A DNA stretch of 64,000 bases from an uncultured Chloroflexia bacterium (GTDB lineage Bacteria > Chloroflexota > Dehalococcoidia > GIF9 > UBA5629). The stretch lies in NCBI GenBank assembly GCA_963848815.1, contig CAWKFY010000029.1, positions 110,544-174,543 of the forward strand, in the 5' to 3' direction. The translations under genes and the position numbers were made by a program. Shown here one piece after another: positions 9,051 through 17,296 of this stretch. The notes under the pieces are model-generated. The model was not told the origin of the DNA. It did no database searches and saw only the letters and a program-made list of their open reading frames with translations. The first letter of the stretch is position 1, and each line of letters starts with the position of its first letter.

Positions 9051-10106
9051 TTATTTAATATCCGAGACCTTGGCGGATTCGAAAGTGGCCATCTGTGCGT
9101 GAAGGTTGAGCGCCGCCTGCGCCAGGAAGATGCCTACAGCCCCTCCTGTGCCCTCCCCCAGCCGCAAGGACAGGTCCAGCAGGGGAGTAAGGCCGAGGTG
9201 GCTCAGGCAGACCGAGTGGCCGTTTTCCGCCGATCGGTGCGAGGCTATGAGATAATCTCCGGCCTGTGGACATAGGCCGACGGCGATCAGGGCCGCCGAG
9301 CCCGAGATAAACCCATCGATCATCACGGGAATGCGGTTGGCGGCACAGGCGATGATGGCGCCCGCCAGGCCGCCGATTTCAAATCCTCCCACTTTGGCCA
9401 GCACGTCGAGTGCATCGACAGGGTCGGGTTGATTGACCTTCAAGGCTTTCTCGATGACCTTGATCTTGTGTTGAAGCTGATCGTCGCCTACCCCAGTCCC
9501 CCTGCCGGTGACCTGACGGACCGCTGAACCGGTAACGGACGAAATGACAGCGCTGGCTGCGGTAGTGTTGCCGATGCCCATCTCGCCCGTACCGAGTATG
9601 TCCATACCTTTGCCGATCTCATTTTCCACTATGTCCATTCCTGCCTGGAGGCTGTCGCGGGCCTGTGCAGGCGTCATGGCCGGCCCCTCGCACATATTCC
9701 GCGTCCCAAAATCGATCATCCTGCATACCATGCCTTCGGTGGGAGGAAATCCGCCTTTGACTCCCATGTCCACCACGACTACCCGGGCATTGACCATGCG
9801 GGCCAGCACATTTATGGCGGCTCCTCCATTTAGAAAATTGAGGACCATCTGCCGCGTCACTTCCTGAGGATAAAGGCTGACGCCTTCTGCAACTACACCG
9901 TGGTCAGCCGCCATAGTTAAAATGACCGCATCTTTTATGGATGGCATGGGATTGGCCGTTATACCTGCTATCTGGATGGCCAGTTTCTCCAGCGCCCCCA
10001 GGCTGCCGCGCGGCTTGGTCAACCGGTCCTGCCTTTCCGCGGCTGCTTTCATAGCTGCTGCATCCAGTGGTTTAACCCTTTTTACAATTTGTTCCAGTGA
10101 GGACAT
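9051..10106 (-). CDS. cobT: nicotinate-nucleotide--dimethylbenzimidazole phosphoribosyltransferase
   Basis: The 351-aa ORF has the GEMGIGNTTAAS motif and CobT length. Confidence 0.9.
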   Translation of the reverse strand: MSSLEQIVKRVKPLDAAAMKAAAERQDRLTKPRGSLGALEKLAIQIAGITANPMPSIKDAVILTMAADHGVVAEGVSLYPQEVTRQMVLNFLNGGAAINVLARMVNARVVVVDMGVKGGFPPTEGMVCRMIDFGTRNMCEGPAMTPAQARDSLQAGMDIVENEIGKGMDILGTGEMGIGNTTAASAVISSVTGSAVRQVTGRGTGVGDDQLQHKIKVIEKALKVNQPDPVDALDVLAKVGGFEIGGLAGAIIACAANRIPVMIDGFISGSAALIAVGLCPQAGDYLIASHRSAENGHSVCLSHLGLTPLLDLSLRLGEGTGGAVGIFLAQAALNLHAQMATFESAKVSDIK

Positions 10107-10119
10107 TTTTTCCCTTCCT

Positions 10120-10644
10120 TTAATATTCGATGCCTTTGCGCTGGTCTACGCCTTCCGTGAAAGGATGTTTGATCATCAGCATCTCCGTCACCAGGTCGGC
10201 CAGCTTCACAATTTCCTGCGGGGCCTTGCGGCCGGTCATTACCAGCTCTACGTTGGCCGGTTTCTTTTTCACCAGATCCAGTATTTGCTGGAGGCTGAGC
10301 AGGCCGCGCCAGTGCGCTATAAATATCTCGTCCAGTATAACCATATCGTAATCTCCGCCCGTCAGCGCTTTCTCGGCGAACTGGTAGGCCTGCAGCGATT
10401 CCGCCGCCAGCTCGGCATCGGACTTTCTGAACAGGTCTCCTTTACCGAATTGGACGATCTCAAAAGGCTTGAAATCGCGTGAGAAAAAATGCTCTCCGCC
10501 TTCCTCGCCTTTCATAAACTGGATGAAAATTACCTTCATGCCGTGACCAGCGGCCCTGGTAGCCAGCCCCAGGGCGGCTGTGGTCTTGCCCTTGCCGTCA
10601 CCCGTGTAAATCTGAATCAATCCCTGAAAATCCTTATCTGCCAT
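10120..10644 (-). CDS. cobO: cob(I)yrinic acid a,c-diamide adenosyltransferase
   Basis: The track ORF is 10120..10719. The family-typical N-terminus MADKDFQGLIQIYTGDGKGKTTAALG begins at the 26th codon (10644) and is preceded by GGAGGAAGG. That start overlaps the cobQ stop by 11 nt. Confidence 0.85.
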   Translation of the reverse strand: MADKDFQGLIQIYTGDGKGKTTAALGLATRAAGHGMKVIFIQFMKGEEGGEHFFSRDFKPFEIVQFGKGDLFRKSDAELAAESLQAYQFAEKALTGGDYDMVILDEIFIAHWRGLLSLQQILDLVKKKPANVELVMTGRKAPQEIVKLADLVTEMLMIKHPFTEGVDQRKGIEY

Positions 10645-12151
10645 CGGCACCTTCCTCCAATATTTTATATAAGCGTGGCATATCCAGGTTTTCCCTGAAC
10701 ACTTTTGCCAGTTCATCATAAGCCTTTTCCCTGTCCGGCCAGGTCTTATTCACCTGCGGGATGCCCCGCAGCCCGCACAAATTATCCAGCATTTTCCAGG
10801 TAAAATCGCGGTTGTCGAAGAGGCCATGCATATAGCTGCCGAAAATTGTACCTTCGGGATTAAGGCTGCCCTCGTGGTAAGTCCCCTCCGAAACGATGGA
10901 TTCAGTGACTTTGAAGGCAGGCTGCCCGGACAGCGGCCTGGTCCTGCCCATATGTATCTCATAGGCTGTGACCTCCACCGATCCCATGCCCTTCAACAGG
11001 CCGGCCTTACCTGTTACGCGGGCCTTGACCTGCGTCGTTATCTTCTCCGGCTCGAAAACCGTCTCCATATCCAGCAGTCCCAAACCCACGGTTTCCGTGG
11101 TATCGGACTCGACGTGGTGCGTGTCGATGATCCTCTGCCCGAGCATCTGGTAGCCGCCGCAGATGCCTACGATGGGGACCCCCGCCCCGGCCAGGCGCCG
11201 GACCTCGTCGCTCATGCCGGTATGGTTCATATGAATAAGGTCGTTAATAGTGCTCTTGGTCCCCGGCAATATGATTAAATCTGGCTGGCCCAATTCGTAA
11301 GGCCTGGATACGTATCTTACATTGCATAAAGCTTCCAGCGGATCGAAGTCATCATAGTTGGCTATATGAGGCAGGCGGATGATGCAGATATAGGGGCGGT
11401 CGATATTTTTAATGTTGATACGTTCGTCAAGGTATACGGAGTCCTCCTGGGCGATTCCTATATTTCTAATGTAGGGGATAACGCCGAGGACCGAGCGGGA
11501 GTAGCGTTTCTCCAGGAAGTCCAGTCCCGGCTTTAGCAGGGATATATCACCCCGGAACTTGTTTATGGCGAATCCTTTGATCAGCCTGCGCTGCCGGGGA
11601 GGTAGGAGCTGCATCGTTCCGGCGATGGAGGCGAAGACTCCGCCCCGGTCGATATCGCCCACCAGGATGACGGGCGCCGATGCAAACCTGGCAATGCGCA
11701 TGTTGGCGATCTCCCTATCCATCAGGTTTATCTCAGCGGGGCTTCCTGCGCCCTCGATGACCAGGATTTCGTAGTCGCGGCGCAGCTTATTGAGGGACTT
11801 CTTTATAGAAGGCAGCAGCTCCGAGTTATGCCGGTAATAGTCCGCCGCATCCGAAACTTGCTGAGCCCGTCCCAGCAGCACCAGTTGCGATGTATTATCG
11901 GCCTGCGGCTTGAGCAGAACGGGGTTCATTTCAACGCTGGGATCTATGCCGGCGGCCTCGGCCTGGATGGCCTGCGACCTGCCGATCTCCCCGCCCTGCG
12001 GGGTCACGAAGGAGTTCAAGGCCATGTTTTGCGCCTTGAAGGGCGCCACCTTGTAACCATCTTGCTTGAAGATACGGCAGAGGGCGGTGACAAATATACT
12101 CTTGCCGGCCGAGGAGGCGGTGCCCTGTACCATCAATGTCCTGGCCTTCAT
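10634..12151 (-). CDS. cobQ: cobyric acid synthase
   Basis: The 505-aa ORF starts MVQGTASSAGKS and has a C-terminal GATase1-like domain (GICGGYQMLG). Confidence 0.9.
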   Translation of the reverse strand: MKARTLMVQGTASSAGKSIFVTALCRIFKQDGYKVAPFKAQNMALNSFVTPQGGEIGRSQAIQAEAAGIDPSVEMNPVLLKPQADNTSQLVLLGRAQQVSDAADYYRHNSELLPSIKKSLNKLRRDYEILVIEGAGSPAEINLMDREIANMRIARFASAPVILVGDIDRGGVFASIAGTMQLLPPRQRRLIKGFAINKFRGDISLLKPGLDFLEKRYSRSVLGVIPYIRNIGIAQEDSVYLDERINIKNIDRPYICIIRLPHIANYDDFDPLEALCNVRYVSRPYELGQPDLIILPGTKSTINDLIHMNHTGMSDEVRRLAGAGVPIVGICGGYQMLGQRIIDTHHVESDTTETVGLGLLDMETVFEPEKITTQVKARVTGKAGLLKGMGSVEVTAYEIHMGRTRPLSGQPAFKVTESIVSEGTYHEGSLNPEGTIFGSYMHGLFDNRDFTWKMLDNLCGLRGIPQVNKTWPDREKAYDELAKVFRENLDMPRLYKILEEGADGR

Positions 12152-12155
12152 ATCC

Positions 12156-13235
12156 TCAGCCAGCCTCCCGTATGGCGGCGATCAGTTTACGGCAATCATG
12201 CATGCTGCGGGGCGAGACCCTGACATACTCGGGTAATCCGAATGACGTGCAGTCCCGTACTAGGAAGCCTTTTTTCAGCAGGCGTTTTTTAAAGGCGGCC
12301 GCGTCACCTGCCCGAAAGATGAAAAAATTGGTCTGCGTGGGAATTACCCTAAAACCCAGGCGGCTCAACTGGCCTGCAAGGTAGAGCTTGCACCTGCTTA
12401 TTCGGCTGCAGCAGTTGGCAAGGTAATCATCGCAACCTACGGCTGAAAGGCCTGCCTTCTGGGCAACCGAGTTAACATTCCAGGGAGGGCGAACTTTTTT
12501 CAGCATGTCGATAATATGGCGCGGCGCAATGCCGTAGCCCAACCTGAGTCCCGCAATGGCGAATTCCTTGGTCATCGAGCGTACTATCAGAAGGTTGGAC
12601 GCATTCAGCAGTTTGCGGGAATCCCAGGCGTTATCTGTAAATGCAATATAGGCCTCATCCAGGACTACCAGCGAGTCCGGAAAGTTACGCAGGACCCTAG
12701 AGACTTCATCGTAACTTAAGTACTGCCCTGTAGGATTATTGGGATTACACAGGAAAACGGCCGCCGGTTTATGGGATTTTGCGAAAGCGGCGAATTGGCC
12801 AGCGTCGAGTCTGAAATCATTTTCTTCAGGTAGTGCGAACTTGACCACTTCAGCATTGACGATGCGGCAGGCCAGCTCATACTCTCCGTACGTGGGGGAA
12901 GGGATAATCACCCTGTCACCGTGGCCGAGGTAGGCCGCTGCAGCCAGCCGGATTATCTCGGTTGAGCCGTTGCCTACAATAAGGTTTCCTACAGGGACGC
13001 CCAGCTTTTCGGAGAACGCCTGTGTCAGGGTGGCTGCATCGGGGTCGGGGTAGACGGCCACGTTGGCTTCCCGAACGGCCTTTTTCACGCTTGACGGCGG
13101 GCCATAAGGATTGCAGCAGGTGCTGAAGTCCAGCACATTGCCTGCCAGCCTCGTTGAGCTGAGGCCGCCATGGATACTATCCGGTAAACCAGCGATATGC
13201 GGCTTAGCGTGCAGCACTGACGGCCACCTCCGCAC
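12156..13235 (-). CDS. cobD: L-threonine-O-3-phosphate decarboxylase (class I/II aminotransferase fold)
   Basis: The 359-aa ORF has the N-terminal HGG motif, NPNNPTG and SMTKEFAIAGLRLGY (PLP lysine region). It lies between cbiB and cobQ. An alternative GTG start at 13217, preceded by GGAGGT, is plausible. Confidence 0.8.
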   Translation of the reverse strand: MRRWPSVLHAKPHIAGLPDSIHGGLSSTRLAGNVLDFSTCCNPYGPPSSVKKAVREANVAVYPDPDAATLTQAFSEKLGVPVGNLIVGNGSTEIIRLAAAAYLGHGDRVIIPSPTYGEYELACRIVNAEVVKFALPEENDFRLDAGQFAAFAKSHKPAAVFLCNPNNPTGQYLSYDEVSRVLRNFPDSLVVLDEAYIAFTDNAWDSRKLLNASNLLIVRSMTKEFAIAGLRLGYGIAPRHIIDMLKKVRPPWNVNSVAQKAGLSAVGCDDYLANCCSRISRCKLYLAGQLSRLGFRVIPTQTNFFIFRAGDAAAFKKRLLKKGFLVRDCTSFGLPEYVRVSPRSMHDCRKLIAAIREAG

Positions 13236-14130
13236 CGATAATTACCAGGCTCCAAATTGAAGCAGAAAGCAACATGATCACCTGCGAGCGGCCGATCGAA
13301 GCTACAGACATGGTCTCAATGCTTGTCCCCACGCTATATGCCCCGGCCTTTTCAAGCTGTATACCCAGGGTGCCTGCCATAGCGCCCATCGTCCATCCCG
13401 CGTTAGGGCTTTCAGTCTTGACATGCTCGTTAAGCATGGCTTGCCAGCCTTCCCTGGCGCGGCCCGTGTAAAGGGATGCCAGGACGATGAGAAAGGAACT
13501 GATACGGGCGGGGAAGTAATTGACCACGTCATCCAGCCGGGCCGCAAATTTGCCGGTGTACTCCCAGCGGCCGTGGAAGCCGATCATGGCGTCGAACGTA
13601 TTGACGATGCGGTAGACGATGGCGCCCGGCAGTCCGAAAATAACATAATAGAGAAGGGGCGCCACGAAGCTGTCGCACAGGTTCTCTGCGCAGGACTCTA
13701 TGGCTGCCGAAATAACTTGCTGCCGGCTGAGGTCCCGCGTTTCACGGCTGACCAGCGCCGTGACCTCCGTCCTCGCACCTGCGATATCATCATGGAGCAG
13801 GCATTCCTTCACTTTCTGGACCGCTGTCCATAGACCACGCAGGGAAAAAGTGTTTTTCAGCAGGTAAGCGGAAATAACCACATAGACGAAAACGCTCCAG
13901 CTTTGGAGAAAGGCCAGTGCATAATAGAGCGGGACAGTGATGATCGAAGCTGTCAGGAGCACCATCCAGGCGCCGTAAATAAACTGCCATACCTTGCCGC
14001 CGGCGGGACAGAATTTGAGCTGAAATGAGATCAGCTTGCCCAGCCATGCCACCGGATGCCAGCGGTTGGCCGGCTCCCCAAATGAAATATCCAGCAGCAA
14101 CGCCAGTACCAATACCAATACGGCAATCAT
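13204..14130 (-). CDS. cbiB: adenosylcobinamide-phosphate synthase
   Basis: The 308-aa membrane ORF has WHPVAWLGKLI and the overall CbiB/CobD pattern. Its start overlaps the upstream ATPase stop by 4 nt. Confidence 0.85.
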   Translation of the reverse strand: MIAVLVLVLALLLDISFGEPANRWHPVAWLGKLISFQLKFCPAGGKVWQFIYGAWMVLLTASIITVPLYYALAFLQSWSVFVYVVISAYLLKNTFSLRGLWTAVQKVKECLLHDDIAGARTEVTALVSRETRDLSRQQVISAAIESCAENLCDSFVAPLLYYVIFGLPGAIVYRIVNTFDAMIGFHGRWEYTGKFAARLDDVVNYFPARISSFLIVLASLYTGRAREGWQAMLNEHVKTESPNAGWTMGAMAGTLGIQLEKAGAYSVGTSIETMSVASIGRSQVIMLLSASIWSLVIIGAEVAVSAAR

Positions 14131-14936
14131 ATTTCTTCTTTATTCCCGTTATTTCTACCATTGGCTGTAACCAGGGTGACAGGCCGACCGTTCACCGGGT
14201 GCTTGAACACGTGAATGTTTGTGCCGAAAACGTCCCTTATCGTCGGAGCGTCTATTATGTCCTCGGGATGGCCCTGCTTCCATATTTGCTTATCGTTAAG
14301 CAGTATTAGAGTGTCGCAGTATTGCGAGGCCAGGTTGAGGTCGTGCAGGCTGGCGAATATGGACAGGTCTTTTTCCTGGCAAAGCTGCCTAAGGAAATTA
14401 AGCGTCTCCGCCTGGTAATTAATATCCAGGTTGGCTGTAGGCTCATCCAGCAGCAGGATGCCGGCCTCCTGCGTGATCATGCGGGCGATAATTATGCGTT
14501 GCCTCTCGCCGCCCGATAGCTCGTTGATACGCTTGTCGGCCAGCGATAGCGTCTGGGTGATTTCCATGGCGCGGCAGGCTATATCGATATCCCTGGCGCT
14601 TTCGTACCTTAAGAGTCCCAGATGGGGCGTCCTCCCCATCAGGACGATTTCCCTGGCGCTGAATAGCTCGGGCAATACGGCATTCTGCGGTACCAGGGCT
14701 ATGTTTCTGGCAATATACTCGTGATCGCAGCTGCGGATGCTTTTACCATCCAGGTTAACGCTGCCTTCATAAGGGCGAATGAGCCCCGACATGGCCTTGA
14801 GCAGGGTGGTCTTGCCTGCACCGTTGGGACCTATAATCCCGCAGAACCGGCCGGGAATGGAAGCCAGGTTGACCCCTCGCAGAACGATATTGTTCCCGTA
14901 TTTGAAAGCGGCATCTGTCAATATCAACTCCGGCAT
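14127..14936 (-). CDS. ABC transporter ATP-binding protein (FecE/BtuD type; corrinoid uptake inferred)
   Basis: The 269-aa ORF has Walker A GPNGAGKTT, the signature LSGGERQR and Walker B LLLDEP. A corrinoid substrate is inferred from the riboswitch and operon context. Confidence 0.85.
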   Translation of the reverse strand: MPELILTDAAFKYGNNIVLRGVNLASIPGRFCGIIGPNGAGKTTLLKAMSGLIRPYEGSVNLDGKSIRSCDHEYIARNIALVPQNAVLPELFSAREIVLMGRTPHLGLLRYESARDIDIACRAMEITQTLSLADKRINELSGGERQRIIIARMITQEAGILLLDEPTANLDINYQAETLNFLRQLCQEKDLSIFASLHDLNLASQYCDTLILLNDKQIWKQGHPEDIIDAPTIRDVFGTNIHVFKHPVNGRPVTLVTANGRNNGNKEEI

Positions 14937-15997
14937 CAGAATATAGCCTTCTTTTTCTGTCGTAATAGGTAGAGGAAGAAAGGCGCTCCGATCAGTGCGG
15001 TGATAATGCCGACCGGTATCTCGGTGGGGGCCAGCGCAGTCCGTGCGAACGTATCCGCAAGTATGAGAAATCCGGCGCCCGTCAGCAGCGACATGGGCAG
15101 CAGGAGCCTGTAATCAGGGCCAAAGACCAGCCTCACGGCATGCGGGATGATGATGCCCACAAAGCCTATGGCCCCGCAGAAACAAACGGCTGCCGCTGTA
15201 GCTATGGTCGCTCCGGCCAGAACGATTATTTTCACCCGCTCGACATTTACGCCAAGCTGCTGCGCCTGCTCTTCATCCAGTTGCATAACGTTCAGGGGAC
15301 GGGCAAATGCCAGGATGGCGATCACCCCCGCCAGTATGTAGGGCGCCATGACGGCTACGCTCCACCAGTCTGCCAGCGAGAAAGTGCCGAGCAGCCAGAA
15401 AATTATGCCGTGCACCCTGTCTCCCGAGGTAATTATCAGATAGGAGGTAATCGATGCCAGGAATGCGCCGAGGGCAACCCCTCCCAGGATTACCGTGGTT
15501 ACCGGCAGGGTTTTGCCCGTCCGTGCAATCGAATAAACGGCGATAACACACACTACTGCCCCCGCAAAGGCGAGGATAGGTATAAGGGCCGAAGGTACTC
15601 CCACCGGCAGCAGAAAGCCGATTACCGCGCCCAGCGCCGCTCCCTGCGAGATACCTGTGAGGTAAGGGTCAGCCAGCGGATTGTGGAACATGCCCTGGTA
15701 GGCCGCTCCGCTGACTGCCAGTGCGGCTCCAGCCAGCCCTGCCATGAGGATGCGTGGCAGCCGTATGTCGAACAGTATGGTTTGAAAAACGGCCGGGTAA
15801 GATGCGTCAGCGCCCGTGGAAAAGACCCTGGCCGCTATCATTTTAAAAATGTCGGGGAATGGGATTGGCAGGCTGCCGACAGATACGGCGCCGACGATGA
15901 TAAGCAGCAACACAAAGGCTGCGCCTGTAAGCGCGATGGTGATATTTCGCAGCTTCCGCTGGTGAAGCTTGAACTCAGTCTGGACAACGTTTTCCAT
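14936..15997 (-). CDS. FecCD/BtuC-family ABC permease
   Basis: The 353-aa polytopic ORF shows the typical FecCD pattern (RLPRILMAGLAGAALAVSGAAYQG, ..GAIGFVGIIIPH). Confidence 0.85.
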   Translation of the reverse strand: MENVVQTEFKLHQRKLRNITIALTGAAFVLLLIIVGAVSVGSLPIPFPDIFKMIAARVFSTGADASYPAVFQTILFDIRLPRILMAGLAGAALAVSGAAYQGMFHNPLADPYLTGISQGAALGAVIGFLLPVGVPSALIPILAFAGAVVCVIAVYSIARTGKTLPVTTVILGGVALGAFLASITSYLIITSGDRVHGIIFWLLGTFSLADWWSVAVMAPYILAGVIAILAFARPLNVMQLDEEQAQQLGVNVERVKIIVLAGATIATAAAVCFCGAIGFVGIIIPHAVRLVFGPDYRLLLPMSLLTGAGFLILADTFARTALAPTEIPVGIITALIGAPFFLYLLRQKKKAIF

Positions 15998-16054
15998 AAA
16001 GCTATAATTCCATAAGTGCGATTAAAAATTCTATCTCGCCTGTTTCTGGCCCGA

Positions 16055-16966
16055 CTATTTCCCCGGATTGTAGAAGGAGGCCATCTGTTCAAGGGCGGTA
16101 ACGCAGCGCGGACCGTAACGTAAAACAAGGTCTCCATCCATTTTGTAGATGGCATGGTTCCTGGCGGCGGTAGTGCTCCGGAAGCGTGGGTCAGTATTTA
16201 CAAAGTCCCACAGCGGATTATCCGTCTGTCCCATGTCTGAGGGTACGATTATGACCTCCGGATCCCGGCTGATTAAGCTCTCCATACTGATCGTGCCGTA
16301 GTCCGTTATGTCGGAAACAACATTCTTGCCGCCGGCGGCCTTGAGCATATCGTCGGGCAAGGTGCCGGATCCCGCTACCATCAGCGGGTCGTACCATATT
16401 ATGACCAGAGTGCGCAGAGGCTGTGACGCGGCCTGGTTTTTTGCCGCAGAAACGACGGCCTGAATCCGTTTATTAAGGCCGGCTGTCAGCTCCGAGGCCG
16501 TATTTTCCGCGCCGGTGATTTTCCCCACCAGGTTGATATCCGATAGTACTCCGTTCAGTGTTTTGGGATAGAGGGTTACCACGTTAAAGCCGACTTTTTG
16601 CAGCAGAGGTGTCACGGTTTTACTATGTATATCCGTGGCCAGAATGAGGTCAGGCTGAAGGGCCACCACCTTCTCCATATCAACGGTGCTGAATCCGCCT
16701 ATTTTAGCCTTATTCAAAGCGTCGGGAGGGTAGTTGCAATATTCGGTTACTCCCACCAGGCGGTCTTGAAGTCCCAGCGCATATACGATTTCAGTGTTAC
16801 TCGGAGCCAGGGAGATGATGCGTGAAGCAGGTTGATCGATTTTTACAGGTGCTCCAGCATCATCCGAGATATGAGCTGCAGGCATGGGCTGGCCGCAGGC
16901 CAGCCCCGATATAAGGACGGACAAGCCGGCAATCGCAGCCAGCAACAGGTTCTTCAAATTAGTCAT
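16055..16966 (-). CDS. periplasmic/lipoprotein substrate-binding protein, BtuF/cluster-A type
   Basis: The 303-aa ORF has a lipoprotein-like signal (LISGLACG) and the PBP pattern RIISLAPSNTEIVYALG. It is the first gene after the B12 riboswitch. Confidence 0.8.
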   Translation of the reverse strand: MTNLKNLLLAAIAGLSVLISGLACGQPMPAAHISDDAGAPVKIDQPASRIISLAPSNTEIVYALGLQDRLVGVTEYCNYPPDALNKAKIGGFSTVDMEKVVALQPDLILATDIHSKTVTPLLQKVGFNVVTLYPKTLNGVLSDINLVGKITGAENTASELTAGLNKRIQAVVSAAKNQAASQPLRTLVIIWYDPLMVAGSGTLPDDMLKAAGGKNVVSDITDYGTISMESLISRDPEVIIVPSDMGQTDNPLWDFVNTDPRFRSTTAARNHAIYKMDGDLVLRYGPRCVTALEQMASFYNPGK

Positions 16967-16992
16967 GTAAGGCTCGCTTTAAAAAATTGAAC

Positions 16993-17020
16993 AAAAAACC
17001 CCTGCTCACAGGAGCAGGGG
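16993..17020 (-). terminator. intrinsic terminator (expression platform of the cobalamin riboswitch)
   Basis: The reverse strand reads CCCCUGCUC-CUGU-GAGCAGGGG followed by UUUUUU. This is a perfect 9-bp GC-rich stem, ~25 nt before the btuF-like start codon. Confidence 0.65.
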
Positions 17021-17039
17021 GATCATTATAAATAATAAA

Positions 17040-17175
17040 TCCCACCCCCTAACTCCGCGGAGGTAGCCTTTGTTCGCAAGGTGGCGTTCTGACTGTAACA
17101 GCAGGCGGGACTGTACCGGAATTGCGCCGGTTTGCTTTCCAATTATGCCCGGACTAACTTCCAAGCGCCTTGCTT
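17040..17175 (-). promoter_or_regulatory. cobalamin (B12) riboswitch aptamer
   Basis: The reverse strand reads ..UUGGAAAGCAAACCGGCGCAAUUCCGGUACAGUCCCGCCUGCUGUUACAGUCAGAACGCCACCUUGCG.. This matches the conserved core as I recall it (GGGAA..GGUG.AA.UCC..AC.G.CCCGC..CUGUAA..AGUCAGAA..CC, including the B12-box region). It sits as the 5' leader of a corrinoid uptake/salvage operon. Confidence 0.8.
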
Positions 17176-17246
17176 TATATATTCAATTGGTTTACAGGAT
17201 ATACGGTTTATAATATGAAAGTCAAACTCGTAGGCAAACAAAGCTC

Positions 17247-17276
17247 TTGCCTTCGACGGAAAGGCAAGGCTATAAT
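17247..17276 (+). promoter_or_regulatory. candidate promoter for the oligosaccharyltransferase gene, overlapping an 8-bp inverted repeat
   Basis: TTGCCT-18 nt-TATAAT lies about 20 nt upstream of the ATG at 17297. The inverted repeat CTTGCCTT..AAGGCAAG spans the spacer. This rests on a motif match only. Confidence 0.3.
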
Positions 17277-17296
17277 CTACTCCAAGGTGTGAAAGT

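Noticed and set aside
10645-10719. 25-codon N-terminal extension of the cobO ORF
   Set aside because: The extension (MMNWQKCSGKTWICHAYIKYWRKVP) overlaps the end of cobQ and is not family-like. The ATG at 10644 has a strong GGAGGAAGG site and gives the canonical N-terminus.
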